NCBI GenBank assembly: GCA_963665485.1
Contig: OY762227.1
Span: 688,426-752,425, forward strand
DNA: 64,000 nt
From: Bacteroidales bacterium
GTDB lineage: Bacteria > Bacteroidota > Bacteroidia > Bacteroidales > UBA4417
Direction of reading: 5' to 3'
Shown here: piece by piece, positions 16,626 to 25,545 of the stretch
Numbering within the stretch: position 1 is the first letter of the stretch
How the letters are laid out: every line of letters starts with the position of its first letter
Program-made: the position numbers and the translations under genes
The notes under the pieces: generated by a model
What the model was told of the DNA's origin: nothing
Seen by the model: only the letters and a program-made list of their open reading frames with translations
The model's database searches: none

Positions 16626-17147
16626 TTATTCAGTAACCAACGTCGCTACTACTTTAGCAGCTGCCAGAGCCGAGAGTTCTTTATCGATATGAAATAAACC
16701 TCCGGCTTCGTTACCGGCAAGTTTCATCTTATCGAGTATGCCGTGCATGGTTCTTTCTTCTTCTATCTGCTCATTGATATACCATTGCAGGAAATTCCCG
16801 GTCGTGTAATCTTTGTTAGTTAACGCTACTTCGTACAAATCGTTGATTGAAGCGGTAATAAACTCTTCATGAATCATCACTTTTTCGAATACATCAAGCA
16901 ACGAGCTATATTCGGCGGTAGGATTATCGAGGGCAAGCAACTGGCTGTAACCATCTCTATCGTTAAGATAATGTACAAACTTAAGCTGGTGCATGCGTTC
17001 TTCATCCGTTTGCTTGAAAAGAAAAGCTGCAGCCCCCGGATAACCATTTACCTGGCACCATGAAGCCATTGACAAGTATAACCGTGAAGAATGTTCTTCA
17101 TTCTTGATCTGATTTATAATTGCTTTTTCGACGGCATCCTTTATCAT
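16626..17147 (-). CDS. ftn: Non-haem ferritin
   Basis: 173 aa with ferroxidase-site residues in the context E..SSRLYLSMASW...EERMHQLKF. Confidence 0.88.
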   Translation of the reverse strand: MIKDAVEKAIINQIKNEEHSSRLYLSMASWCQVNGYPGAAAFLFKQTDEERMHQLKFVHYLNDRDGYSQLLALDNPTAEYSSLLDVFEKVMIHEEFITASINDLYEVALTNKDYTTGNFLQWYINEQIEEERTMHGILDKMKLAGNEAGGLFHIDKELSALAAAKVVATLVTE

Positions 17148-17223
17148 GATAACAAAATTTAAAGTCCTTAAATGGTATAAAACAATTGAAAAGATGGTTG
17201 TCTCGCTTCCTTCCGGATCTTGT

Positions 17224-18111
17224 TTACTGGTTTTTCAACGCTTCGGCACCACTTACAATTTCCAGAATTTCCTTGGTAATTGCTGCCTGGCGGGCTTTGT
17301 TATAGGCAAGGTTTAGTTCCTTGATAAGATCGCCGGCATTATCGGTAGCCTGGTGCATGGCAGTCATACGAGCTCCATGTTCGGAAGCGTATGAATCGAG
17401 AACAGATTTGTAAAATTGTATTTTGAGTGACTTCGGAATTAATTCCTCTACAATTTCTTCCTTTGAAGGCAGGAAGATATAGTCGGTGCTGCTTTTTGTA
17501 ATAACAGCATTTTCGGCGGGAGCTTCAACCGGAAGAAACTGCTCTACTACCACCCTCTGAACAACCGCATTTTTAAATTGATTGTAAACTATATCCACCC
17601 GGTCGAATTCCTTGCTGGCAAACGCATTCATAACTGATAATGCTATTGCTGAAATATTTTCATAGGTGAGGCTATCGAATACCGAATCGTGGGAAGAAAT
17701 AACATTATACCCCCGTTTGTTAAAAAACTCGGTTCCCTTGCGGCCAATTGTGAGGACACTCACATTCCCCGCATTTAGCTGAGCTGCATAATCAATTTGA
17801 ATCCGCTGTGAAGCCGTGCGCAAAATATTTGTATTAAAAGCGCCGCAAAGTCCGCGGTTTGAAGTGAGAACAACAATCAGCACTTTGTTGGGAGTGCGTT
17901 GCTGGGTATACAAATTACCATCGCCCGAATCGAGGCTGGCACTCAGATTCTGCAGAATATCCTTCAGCTTGGCAGCGTACGGACGCATTTTCAGAATGGC
18001 ATTCTGAGCCTTTCGCAACTTCGATGCCGCCACCATTTTCATGGCGCTGGTGATCTGCTGTGTCGATTTTACCGAAGCAATCCTTATTCTGACTTCCTTT
18101 AAATTCGGCAT
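17224..18111 (-). CDS. atpG: F0F1 ATP synthase subunit gamma
   Basis: N-terminus LKEVRIRIASVKSTQQITSAMKMVAASKLRKAQ and C-terminus ITKEILEIVSGAEAL. Confidence 0.93.
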   Translation of the reverse strand: MPNLKEVRIRIASVKSTQQITSAMKMVAASKLRKAQNAILKMRPYAAKLKDILQNLSASLDSGDGNLYTQQRTPNKVLIVVLTSNRGLCGAFNTNILRTASQRIQIDYAAQLNAGNVSVLTIGRKGTEFFNKRGYNVISSHDSVFDSLTYENISAIALSVMNAFASKEFDRVDIVYNQFKNAVVQRVVVEQFLPVEAPAENAVITKSSTDYIFLPSKEEIVEELIPKSLKIQFYKSVLDSYASEHGARMTAMHQATDNAGDLIKELNLAYNKARQAAITKEILEIVSGAEALKNQ

Positions 18112-18175
18112 AGAATTGAATTAAACACTTTCGAAATAAACATTCCGTTAAATACCTGAATGAACAGGAACTTTA

Positions 18176-19756
18176 TTAAATATACTTTGCTGATACTTCT
18201 TTTGCCAGATTGTCGATCGTGCCAAGAATCTGATCATCAAGTTTTCCTTGTTTCAAGTCAGCCAGAAGTTCTTTATGGCTGGTTTCGAGATGATGGAGAA
18301 ACTCAGTTTCAAAATCACGAATCGATTTTACCGGTACTTTCTGGAGCAAGCCACGGGTTCCGCAGGCAATGATAGCAATTTGTTTTTCAACCGGTACAGG
18401 TGTATACTGGGGTTGTTTCAGAATTTCAACATTGCGGGCACCTCTTTCAAGGATGTTTTTGGTAGCGGTATCCAGGTCGGAACCAAATTTCGAGAAAGCT
18501 TCGAGTTCGCGGAATTCAGCCTGTGCCAGCTTAAGTGTTCCGGCAACTTTTTTCATCGCTTTGATCTGGGCATTTCCTCCTACACGTGATACCGAAATAC
18601 CTACGTTAATTGCCGGACGAATACCTGAATTGAAAAGCGTTGTTTCGAGGAATATCTGCCCGTCGGTAATTGAAATTACATTGGTTGGTATATATGCTGA
18701 AACGTCGCCTGCCTGGGTTTCGATGATAGGAAGAGCCGTTAATGAACCTCCGCCTTTTGCAAGTGACTTGATCGATTCGGGAAGATCGTTCATCTGCCTG
18801 GCAATTTCATCACTCTTGATGATTTTAGCCGCACGCTCGAGCAAGCGGGAGTGAAGATAGAAAACATCACCGGGGTATGCTTCGCGTCCGGGTGGGCGGC
18901 GAAGCAATAATGAAACTTCGCGGTAAGCAACTGCCTGTTTCGAAAGATCATCATAAATAACTAAAGCTGAACGGCCTGTATCACGGAAAAATTCACCGAT
19001 TGCAGCACCGGTAAACGGAGCATAAAACTGCATGGCTGCCGGATCACTGGCAGTAGCCATAACGATAACCGTGTAAGCCATAGCACCGTGATCTTCCAAT
19101 GTTTTCACAATATTTGCAACGGTTGATCCTTTTTGACCAATAGCTACATAAATACAGAAAACCGGCTCGCCTTTTTCGTAGAATTCTTTCTGATTGATAA
19201 TGGTATCAATAGCGATAGCCGATTTACCTGTTTGGCGGTCGCCGATGATAAGCTCGCGTTGTCCACGACCAATAGGAATCATTGCATCGATAGCTTTGAT
19301 ACCCGTTTGCAATGGCTCGGTAACAGGCTGACGAAAAATAACACCCGGCGCTTTGCGCTCAATCGGCATTTCGTAAAGCTTCCCTTTAATCTCGCCCTTC
19401 CCGTCGATAGGTTCGCCCAGTGTATTAATTACACGGCCAAGCATTCCTTCACCAACGCGTAAACTTGCAATTCGCTTGGTGCGCTGAACCTTGTCGCCTT
19501 CTTTAATGTTTTTTGATTCACCCAGCAGTACCACGCCCACGTTATCCTCTTCGAGGTTGAGCACTATACCTTTGGTGTCGGTTTTTACAAATTCAACCAG
19601 CTCACCTGATTGTGCGTTGGTAAGGCCATAAACACGGGCAATGCCGTCGCCTACCTGTAACACAGATCCGATTTCCTTGATTTCGGCTTCAGTCGAAAAA
19701 CCGGCCAATTCCTGCCGCAGTATTGCAGTTACTTCTGCGGGTTTAATTTCTGCCAT
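18176..19756 (-). CDS. atpA: F0F1 ATP synthase subunit alpha
   Basis: Walker A GDRQTGKS; 526 aa. Confidence 0.95.
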   Translation of the reverse strand: MAEIKPAEVTAILRQELAGFSTEAEIKEIGSVLQVGDGIARVYGLTNAQSGELVEFVKTDTKGIVLNLEEDNVGVVLLGESKNIKEGDKVQRTKRIASLRVGEGMLGRVINTLGEPIDGKGEIKGKLYEMPIERKAPGVIFRQPVTEPLQTGIKAIDAMIPIGRGQRELIIGDRQTGKSAIAIDTIINQKEFYEKGEPVFCIYVAIGQKGSTVANIVKTLEDHGAMAYTVIVMATASDPAAMQFYAPFTGAAIGEFFRDTGRSALVIYDDLSKQAVAYREVSLLLRRPPGREAYPGDVFYLHSRLLERAAKIIKSDEIARQMNDLPESIKSLAKGGGSLTALPIIETQAGDVSAYIPTNVISITDGQIFLETTLFNSGIRPAINVGISVSRVGGNAQIKAMKKVAGTLKLAQAEFRELEAFSKFGSDLDTATKNILERGARNVEILKQPQYTPVPVEKQIAIIACGTRGLLQKVPVKSIRDFETEFLHHLETSHKELLADLKQGKLDDQILGTIDNLAKEVSAKYI

Positions 19757-19773
19757 AGGGTTAATATATTAAT

Positions 19774-19798
19774 GGTTATTGGTTATTGGTTATTGGTT
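19774..19798. repeat. (GGTTATT)x3+GGTT tandem array, period 7, in the atpH-atpA spacer
   Basis: Direct reading gives units at 19774-19780, 19781-19787 and 19788-19794, then GGTT. Confidence 0.8.
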
Positions 19799-19807
19799 GA
19801 ATTAACT

Positions 19808-19832
19808 CCCAAAACCTAACCCCTAAAACCTC
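19808..19832. repeat. CCCAAAACCTAA / CCCCTAAAACCTC imperfect direct repeat
   Basis: Contains CCCTAAAACCT (19821-19831), the reverse complement of AGGTTTTAGGG found at 43560-43570. Confidence 0.7.
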
Positions 19833-19836
19833 TTTG

Positions 19837-20394
19837 TTAAAATCCTTTTATAAACAGATTCTTTTCAAAATCCTTTTTAAGCTGTTTTATTTTGGTTGCA
19901 ATACTCTGATCAAGCTGGAAGTTATCAAGATTAATGACAAAACCACCAATCAGGGCTTCGTTGGTTTTTTCGACCAAGTCAATCTTTTTGTCTGTAATTT
20001 TTTGAAGTATTTCTAATATCCGTGGCTTTTCGATAGCCGCTAGACCGGTAGCTGTGGTTACATAGGCTGTTTTTATACCCTTGGATGCCTGGTAAAGATC
20101 GGCAAAAGCTTCAGCAATTGCGGGCAGATAGCGTTCACGGCGTTTTCGGATCATAAGGTTCATAAAACCAAGAGACATCACACTTATGGACGGTCCAAAA
20201 ATGTGCGCTATCACTTTTTTCTTTTTCTCGGCATTTATTAACGGGTTTTGAAGCATGTTCACAAAATCACGGTTCGAAGCGCTAACGGTACCAAGAAGCA
20301 TCATATCCTCGTATGCCTTTTCAACAATGCCTTTTTCTTCGGCAAGGTCGAAAAATGCTGCAGCATAACGAATGGTTATTTTATTATAGCTCAA
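19837..20394 (-). CDS. atpH: F0F1 ATP synthase subunit delta (OSCP)
   Basis: 185 aa between atpF and atpA with an OSCP-like sequence. The start appears to be TTG. Confidence 0.85.
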   Translation of the reverse strand: MSYNKITIRYAAAFFDLAEEKGIVEKAYEDMMLLGTVSASNRDFVNMLQNPLINAEKKKKVIAHIFGPSISVMSLGFMNLMIRKRRERYLPAIAEAFADLYQASKGIKTAYVTTATGLAAIEKPRILEILQKITDKKIDLVEKTNEALIGGFVINLDNFQLDQSIATKIKQLKKDFEKNLFIKGF

Positions 20395-20432
20395 TGTGCT
20401 AATGTGTTAATGTGACAATGTGCTAATGTGCT
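20393..20432. repeat. (AATGTGNN)x5 tandem array, period 8, in the atpF-atpH spacer
   Basis: Units aatgtgct, aatgtgtt, aatgtgac, aatgtgct, aatgtgct. On the minus strand this reads CACATTNN. Confidence 0.8.
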
Positions 20433-20459
20433 AATTATTTTATCAGCACAATACCTCAA

Positions 20460-20954
20460 TTAATTGATTTTCACTTCTTTCAGAAGTTTTTCGGTAAGCT
20501 GTTCCTGCTGCTTTTTATTTTCCAGTTCTTTGCCTATCAGCTTTTCAGCGATTTCAATTGAAATGGAGGCAATCTGGTTTTTCAGGTCGTTGATGGCAGC
20601 CATTTTTTCGTACTGTATGTTTTCGCGGGCATTTTCCATTATTCGGCTTGCCTCTTCATTTGCTTTAACACGGGCTTCATCCAGGATTGCTTCTTTCACT
20701 TTGCGGGCATCACGCATCAAAGCATCGCGTTCGTCCTTGGCATCACGTAAAAGTTGTTCGTTGCCGGCTTTTAACTGAAGCATTTCCTTTTTTGCATCGT
20801 TGGCAGCCTCCAGCGCTTTTTCGATAGAATCTTCACGTTGGTGTATACCTTTCATGATAGGTTTCCATGCATATTTGCCAAGGACAAACAATACCAGGCT
20901 GAAGGAAACCAACATCCAGAATATCAAGCCTATACCAGGAGTTACTAATTGCAT
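20460..20954 (-). CDS. atpF: F0F1 ATP synthase subunit b
   Basis: A single N-terminal TM helix followed by a long charged coiled coil; 164 aa. Confidence 0.88.
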   Translation of the reverse strand: MQLVTPGIGLIFWMLVSFSLVLFVLGKYAWKPIMKGIHQREDSIEKALEAANDAKKEMLQLKAGNEQLLRDAKDERDALMRDARKVKEAILDEARVKANEEASRIMENARENIQYEKMAAINDLKNQIASISIEIAEKLIGKELENKKQQEQLTEKLLKEVKIN

Positions 20955-21020
20955 AGTTCTGGGTATGAGTAGTTTATAATATAATTACTTTGTTTTCAGT
21001 TACATTTATTCAACTACCGC

Positions 21021-21041
21021 ATCCCTGCCAGTCGCAGGGAT
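21021..21041 (-). other. Intercistronic hairpin between atpE and atpF
   Basis: ATCCCTGC-cagtc-GCAGGGAT, an 8-bp stem. Confidence 0.4.
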
Positions 21042-21062
21042 ACAGCAGCTGAAAATTTGTTT

Positions 21063-21341
<279 letters not shown>

Positions 21342-21353
21342 TTAATAAAAGAT

Positions 21354-22508
21354 TTAGTGTTCAGTTGTATGTTCTTCGGTATGTTCGTGTTCTTCCATTG
21401 CCATTCCGAAGTAAATGGATGAAAGCAATGCAAATACATAAGCCTGGATAAATGCTACCAGCAATTCGAGAAGGCTCATAAAAACGCCAAAGGCAATAGA
21501 AAAAATGGAAACTCCGTAACCAGCCACAATATTCATGTTCCCGAAAATAAATATCAGGCTCATAAATCCGAGCAGGATAATATGACCTGCAGTCATGTTG
21601 GCAAACAAACGGACCATTAGTACAAACGGCTTTGTAATTACTCCTACAATCTCTACGATTGGCATAAGAGGAACAGGGATTTTAAGCCACCAGGGTACTC
21701 CGGGAGCGTTAATAATATGTTTCCAGTAACTTTTATTTCCATTGAATGTGGTTATCACGAATGTGAAAAGAGCCAGAACCATTGTAATTGCTATATTACC
21801 GGTAAGGTTAGCTCCTCCCGGGAAAATAGGCACAAGTCCCAAAAGGTTATTCAGAAAAATAAACCAAAACACGGTCAAAAGGAACGGCATAAAACGCTCG
21901 TAATTTTTTTTGCCTAAACCAGGAATCGCGATATCATCACGAACAAAAAGAATCAGAGGCTCAAGTACCGACTGAAGACCTTTGGGCGCGGTATTGGGAT
22001 TTTTCTTGTATTTATTACCAATCGAAATAAAGATGAGGCATAGCAACAAGACGCTGATAAACAGGGACAGAACATTTTTGGTAATCGAAAAATCGAGCGG
22101 GAGTTTTGCGGAAGTATCCACTGATTCACCATCTTCCAGTGTTTTTACAATTTTGCCCTCGTTAACGCCTTCAGTCATCAAACGATATCCGCGGTATGCT
22201 TCGTGACCATGATGAAAATGTGCAGAGCTGAAAGAAACAAGTTTGCCGTTATCGAGTAAAATTACAGGTAAAGGGATCGAAAGATGAAAATCGTTGTACG
22301 TTAAAATGTGCCATTCGTGCGCATCCACAATATGATCGATGATCATTTTACCTGCATCAAAAGCTTTTTTCTCAGTTTGTTCGTGCGCCGGAACCGATGG
22401 GCTTGCAACAGTGTCGTTCGTTGTTGTATTCCCATAAGAAAACCCTGATAAAAACAAGGCAAATAAAACGACCTGCAACCTGGCTGTATGTAATAACTTT
22501 CTGATCAT
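21354..22508 (-). CDS. atpB: F0F1 ATP synthase subunit a (with a long N-terminal extension)
   Basis: The C-terminal core carries RLFANMTAGH (essential Arg). The ~130-aa N-terminal extension has a signal-like segment, as is common in Bacteroidota. Confidence 0.9.
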   Translation of the reverse strand: MIRKLLHTARLQVVLFALFLSGFSYGNTTTNDTVASPSVPAHEQTEKKAFDAGKMIIDHIVDAHEWHILTYNDFHLSIPLPVILLDNGKLVSFSSAHFHHGHEAYRGYRLMTEGVNEGKIVKTLEDGESVDTSAKLPLDFSITKNVLSLFISVLLLCLIFISIGNKYKKNPNTAPKGLQSVLEPLILFVRDDIAIPGLGKKNYERFMPFLLTVFWFIFLNNLLGLVPIFPGGANLTGNIAITMVLALFTFVITTFNGNKSYWKHIINAPGVPWWLKIPVPLMPIVEIVGVITKPFVLMVRLFANMTAGHIILLGFMSLIFIFGNMNIVAGYGVSIFSIAFGVFMSLLELLVAFIQAYVFALLSSIYFGMAMEEHEHTEEHTTEH

Positions 22509-22573
22509 TAGCCTATTTTCGAATTTGAATGCAATATTACTAAGATTTAATGAAATTATCCCCCTATCCCCTT

Positions 22574-22581
22574 CAAAATTA
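22574..22581 (-). promoter_or_regulatory. Possible -7 box (TAATTTTG on minus strand) for the atp operon
   Basis: Plus-strand caaaatta, 66 nt upstream of the atpB ATG. Confidence 0.3.
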
Positions 22582-22772
22582 CGAAATTCTTTCAGGATTT
22601 ACGTCGAAAGAGTAAAATAGTCACATGCGATTAGATTAAATTTGATTCTGGAGGCTGAACCGGTGTGAATTAAACTTTTCATTTTGCTGTTTAACATGGA
22701 GAAATACCAATCAACTCCGTATGGTTTTCAGAATTGTTTAATTCGAAATGTAAATATTGATTCGAAAAAAGA

Positions 22773-22780
22773 TACTTTTG
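22773..22780 (+). promoter_or_regulatory. -7 box (TACTTTTG) for tadA
   Basis: Matches TAnnTTTG, 20 nt upstream of the ATG at 22800. Confidence 0.45.
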
Positions 22781-22799
22781 TTTAACCGATAAACAACTT

Positions 22800-23246
22800 A
22801 TGGAATTTACTGTTTTCTCCGATGAATCCTTTATGCGTGAGGCACTTAAGGAAGCCCGAAAAGCTCTGGGCAAGGATGAAGTTCCGATCGGAGCCGTTAT
22901 TGTTTGCGAAAACCGCGTAATTGCCCGGGCTCACAATCTTACCGAGCAACTTAACGATGTTACCGCTCACGCCGAAATGCAGGCTTTTACCGCCGCGTCA
23001 GGGTTTATGGGCGGGAAATACCTCGAAGGATGTACCCTGTATGTTACCGTTGAACCTTGTGTAATGTGCGCCGGGGCTTCTTTCTGGAGCCAGATAAGTA
23101 GAATTGTTTATGGTGCAGATGATATAAAGCGTGGATACTCTTTGCTCACCTCCTCCGTTCTACATCCGCGAACAAAAGTTACAAGCGGTGTGCTTGCCGA
23201 AGAATGCGGAGAGTTGATGAAAGATTTTTTCAGAAAAAAACGATAA
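22800..23246 (+). CDS. tadA: tRNA adenosine(34) deaminase
   Basis: CDA zinc motifs HAEMQA and PCVMCAGA; 148 aa. Confidence 0.9.
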   Translation: MEFTVFSDESFMREALKEARKALGKDEVPIGAVIVCENRVIARAHNLTEQLNDVTAHAEMQAFTAASGFMGGKYLEGCTLYVTVEPCVMCAGASFWSQISRIVYGADDIKRGYSLLTSSVLHPRTKVTSGVLAEECGELMKDFFRKKR

Positions 23247-23504
23247 AAATGAATCCGAGCTCGGGGTATACATTAAAATATAAGTCACTAATCAGCCTAC
23301 TCAAAAAGCATTTTAGCCACAGATAACGCCAATTACAATGATTAAAACAGTTTTTAGCAGTTTATCAGATGAATTCTGAGCATAAGTTATATGAATTTAC
23401 CTGTGTGCTCTGTGGCAAATATCTGTTTGTCAACTTTTTAAGCCACCTGCTTGGTTGCAAATATAAATGTTTTCGATTTTTATAGCTCACCTTGCGGGAA
23501 ATCG

Positions 23505-23512
23505 TAATTTTG
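23505..23512 (+). promoter_or_regulatory. -7 box (TAATTTTG) inside the 5' part of track ORF 23467-23748
   Basis: Matches TAnnTTTG, 27 nt upstream of an in-frame GTG at 23539. This argues for the shorter CDS. Confidence 0.4.
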
Positions 23513-23538
23513 CCACACTTTATTTAACTGGAAGTACA

Positions 23539-23748
23539 GTGAAGAATATCAGATATTTTACCAATGGCGAAGAAACTATTGAGTGGAATGTAGAAGAATG
23601 CGTGCATTCGGGAAGATGCCTTAAAAACATACCTTATATTATCGACAGGCCCGGCATATATAGCATCAGCGTTTCTGAGCGCCAGTTCAACAGCATACTT
23701 GATCAATCAGAAATGTGCCCCGCGAAAGCTTTGAAATTGACAACATAA
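23539..23748 (+). CDS. Small (4Fe-4S)-binding protein (divergent mono-cluster type); start refined to GTG 23539
   Basis: The pattern EECVHSGRC...CPAKAL (C-x-H-x2-C ... CP) and the ~70-aa size fit. The upstream part of the track ORF contains a promoter box. Confidence 0.45.
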   Translation: MKNIRYFTNGEETIEWNVEECVHSGRCLKNIPYIIDRPGIYSISVSERQFNSILDQSEMCPAKALKLTT

Positions 23749-23891
23749 TTTTTTCCGAAAATGCTATTCAAAGGATAATTTGAATAAAAGATCAACACTG
23801 TATTACATACTTACTGAATCATCCGCTTGCCGAATGAAATAAAACATACTTTGGAACGTTTTTTGAAGGTTAGTTCATAAAAAGTTTACAG

Positions 23892-24683
23892 ATGCCCCGG
23901 CTCCTAGTTATATTACTCATTTTCTGCTGTTTGTCAGCGTTTCCGCAATCGTACCGCAAAGTTCACAATACAGCATTTGTACGCGGCGAGAAACTGGCTT
24001 TCCGTGTTGCCTTTAATTCGGCCCTTACCGGAAGCATAACCGGGGGGAAAGCCACGCTGGAGGTGAAAGATGACGATAAAATTCTGAACAACAGGAGCAC
24101 ATACCATGTGATTGGTGAAGGCAAAACCACCGGGTTTATTGAACTATTTTACAAGGTTCACGATAAGTTTGAAAGCTATTTTGATCAGGATGCAATAGTT
24201 GGACGACAGTTTATACGACGCACCCGTGAGAATAGTTATAAAAAAGATGACCTGGTTGTTTTCCGCCAGGAAGATCTTTTAGCTGTTAGCCTGACAAAAA
24301 TTGTAAAAGTCCCTGCTAATATGCAGGATGTAATTTCAGCATTTTATTATGCGCGTACACTGGATATTACAAATCTGGAACCAGGAGGGATTGTACATGT
24401 CCCTTTCTTCCTGGATGATTCGGTTTACAATTCGAGAGTTATTTTTAAAGGCCGGGAAACCGTGAAAACCAAAATTGGCAAATTCAGATGCATTGCTTTC
24501 CGCCCAATGGTTGCAACCGGGTATGCTTTCGATGATCCTTATCCTATTACTATTTGGTTAACGGATGACGCTAACCGCATGCCTGTACTTATTGAGTCCG
24601 AACAATCTGTTGGCCGCGCCAGGGTAGAACTGATATCATATTCAGGATTGGCGAACCCGGTTACTGCGAAATTGGCAGATTAG
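23892..24683 (+). CDS. Secreted hypothetical protein (DUF3108-like)
   Basis: N-terminal signal peptide MPRLLVILLIFCCLSAFPQ and a beta-rich 263-aa body. The family assignment is from memory only. Confidence 0.45.
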   Translation: MPRLLVILLIFCCLSAFPQSYRKVHNTAFVRGEKLAFRVAFNSALTGSITGGKATLEVKDDDKILNNRSTYHVIGEGKTTGFIELFYKVHDKFESYFDQDAIVGRQFIRRTRENSYKKDDLVVFRQEDLLAVSLTKIVKVPANMQDVISAFYYARTLDITNLEPGGIVHVPFFLDDSVYNSRVIFKGRETVKTKIGKFRCIAFRPMVATGYAFDDPYPITIWLTDDANRMPVLIESEQSVGRARVELISYSGLANPVTAKLAD

Positions 24684-24778
24684 AGTTTTTTCCTGAGTTC
24701 TTAAATTCAAAAGAAGGGCGATTAGGCGAAGCACGACACTCCGGCTCCGCTGATTGCAGCCGTTGAGATGGCTAAGTT

Positions 24779-25315
24779 CTATTCCTGAATTGTATTACTA
24801 ATTGTATTTGCCGGAAACGGCACCAGCGGGCTTATTAACGGGATATCAAAACGGGTTAAGTTATAGCGCTTAATCATTTTATCCACATGGCTGACCCATG
24901 TTGGCGAAGTCGCATATTTTGAAGCGTGTATGGCTTTAAGCCATTTCATATAGTCCATATTTCCTTTCAGTGCCAAATAATATTTTCTACTTGAGATTAA
25001 CTCCCCGATATGAGTGTACGCGGCTATATCAGAATCAAATTTACGATAGGATGTTTTATACCCCGACTTCGTTTTGGGCGATTTTACCCGTCCTTTCACG
25101 CCAAAATGATTATGGTTTAACCTGCACAATTTGCTGGTTCCCGCAGCACTTTCCTGTAAAGCAATTCCCAGAATAAGGCTGGCAGGAATCTGGTACGTTT
25201 TCATTATTTCAATAGCCAGGGAATCAAATTTATTAATATAAGCTTCAGCAGTGCTCTGAGCCTGCAGACTGAAAAGCAAGGAAAAAAAGAAAACATTTAC
25301 AAACAAAAAGCGCAT
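24779..25315 (-). CDS. Glucosaminidase-domain (LytD/FlgJ-like) peptidoglycan hydrolase, secreted
   Basis: IPASLILGIALQESAAGTSKL...NHFGVKG motif. The likely start is the internal ATG (25315), which gives the signal peptide MRFLFVNVFFFSLLFSLQA. Confidence 0.78.
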   Translation of the reverse strand: MRFLFVNVFFFSLLFSLQAQSTAEAYINKFDSLAIEIMKTYQIPASLILGIALQESAAGTSKLCRLNHNHFGVKGRVKSPKTKSGYKTSYRKFDSDIAAYTHIGELISSRKYYLALKGNMDYMKWLKAIHASKYATSPTWVSHVDKMIKRYNLTRFDIPLISPLVPFPANTISNTIQE

Positions 25316-25545
25316 ATGCAATTTCAAATTTCGTCTAAAAGTAAGCAAATTATTATATGTTTAACTTTTAATACCGGCATTTGTTCATCCTAAGTCATGC
25401 CGGCTTTTCATTTTATACAGGAATTCCGGGGCATGCTTTTTGCTATAAAAGAACAATTGAATGGCTTTTATGGAAAAAACGACATCCATTCATTCTGATG
25501 TTTATTAAAACCTATACCTTTATATTTTCATCAACAAATTTCCCT

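Noticed and set aside
20393-20432. The tandem arrays at 19774, 20393, 43592, 45508 and 45579 considered as CRISPR arrays.
   Set aside because: The units are 7-15 nt, directly abutting, with no spacers. There are at most 5 copies and no cas genes. They are reported as short tandem repeats instead.
22509-22700. A search for a small atpI/atpZ-like membrane gene upstream of atpB.
   Set aside because: The only ORF there (32 aa, MLNSKMKSLIHTGSAS...) is not hydrophobic. No such gene is supported.
25381-25545. N-terminal extensions in track ORFs: A2M 25381, aspS 36352, ispD 40579, glucosaminidase 25348, adk 16525, sigma 58613, small Fe-S protein 23467.
   Set aside because: The extensions lack homology or signal-peptide logic. 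Several contain a TAnnTTTG promoter box, and an internal start restores the canonical N-terminus. Starts were refined in the feature table.
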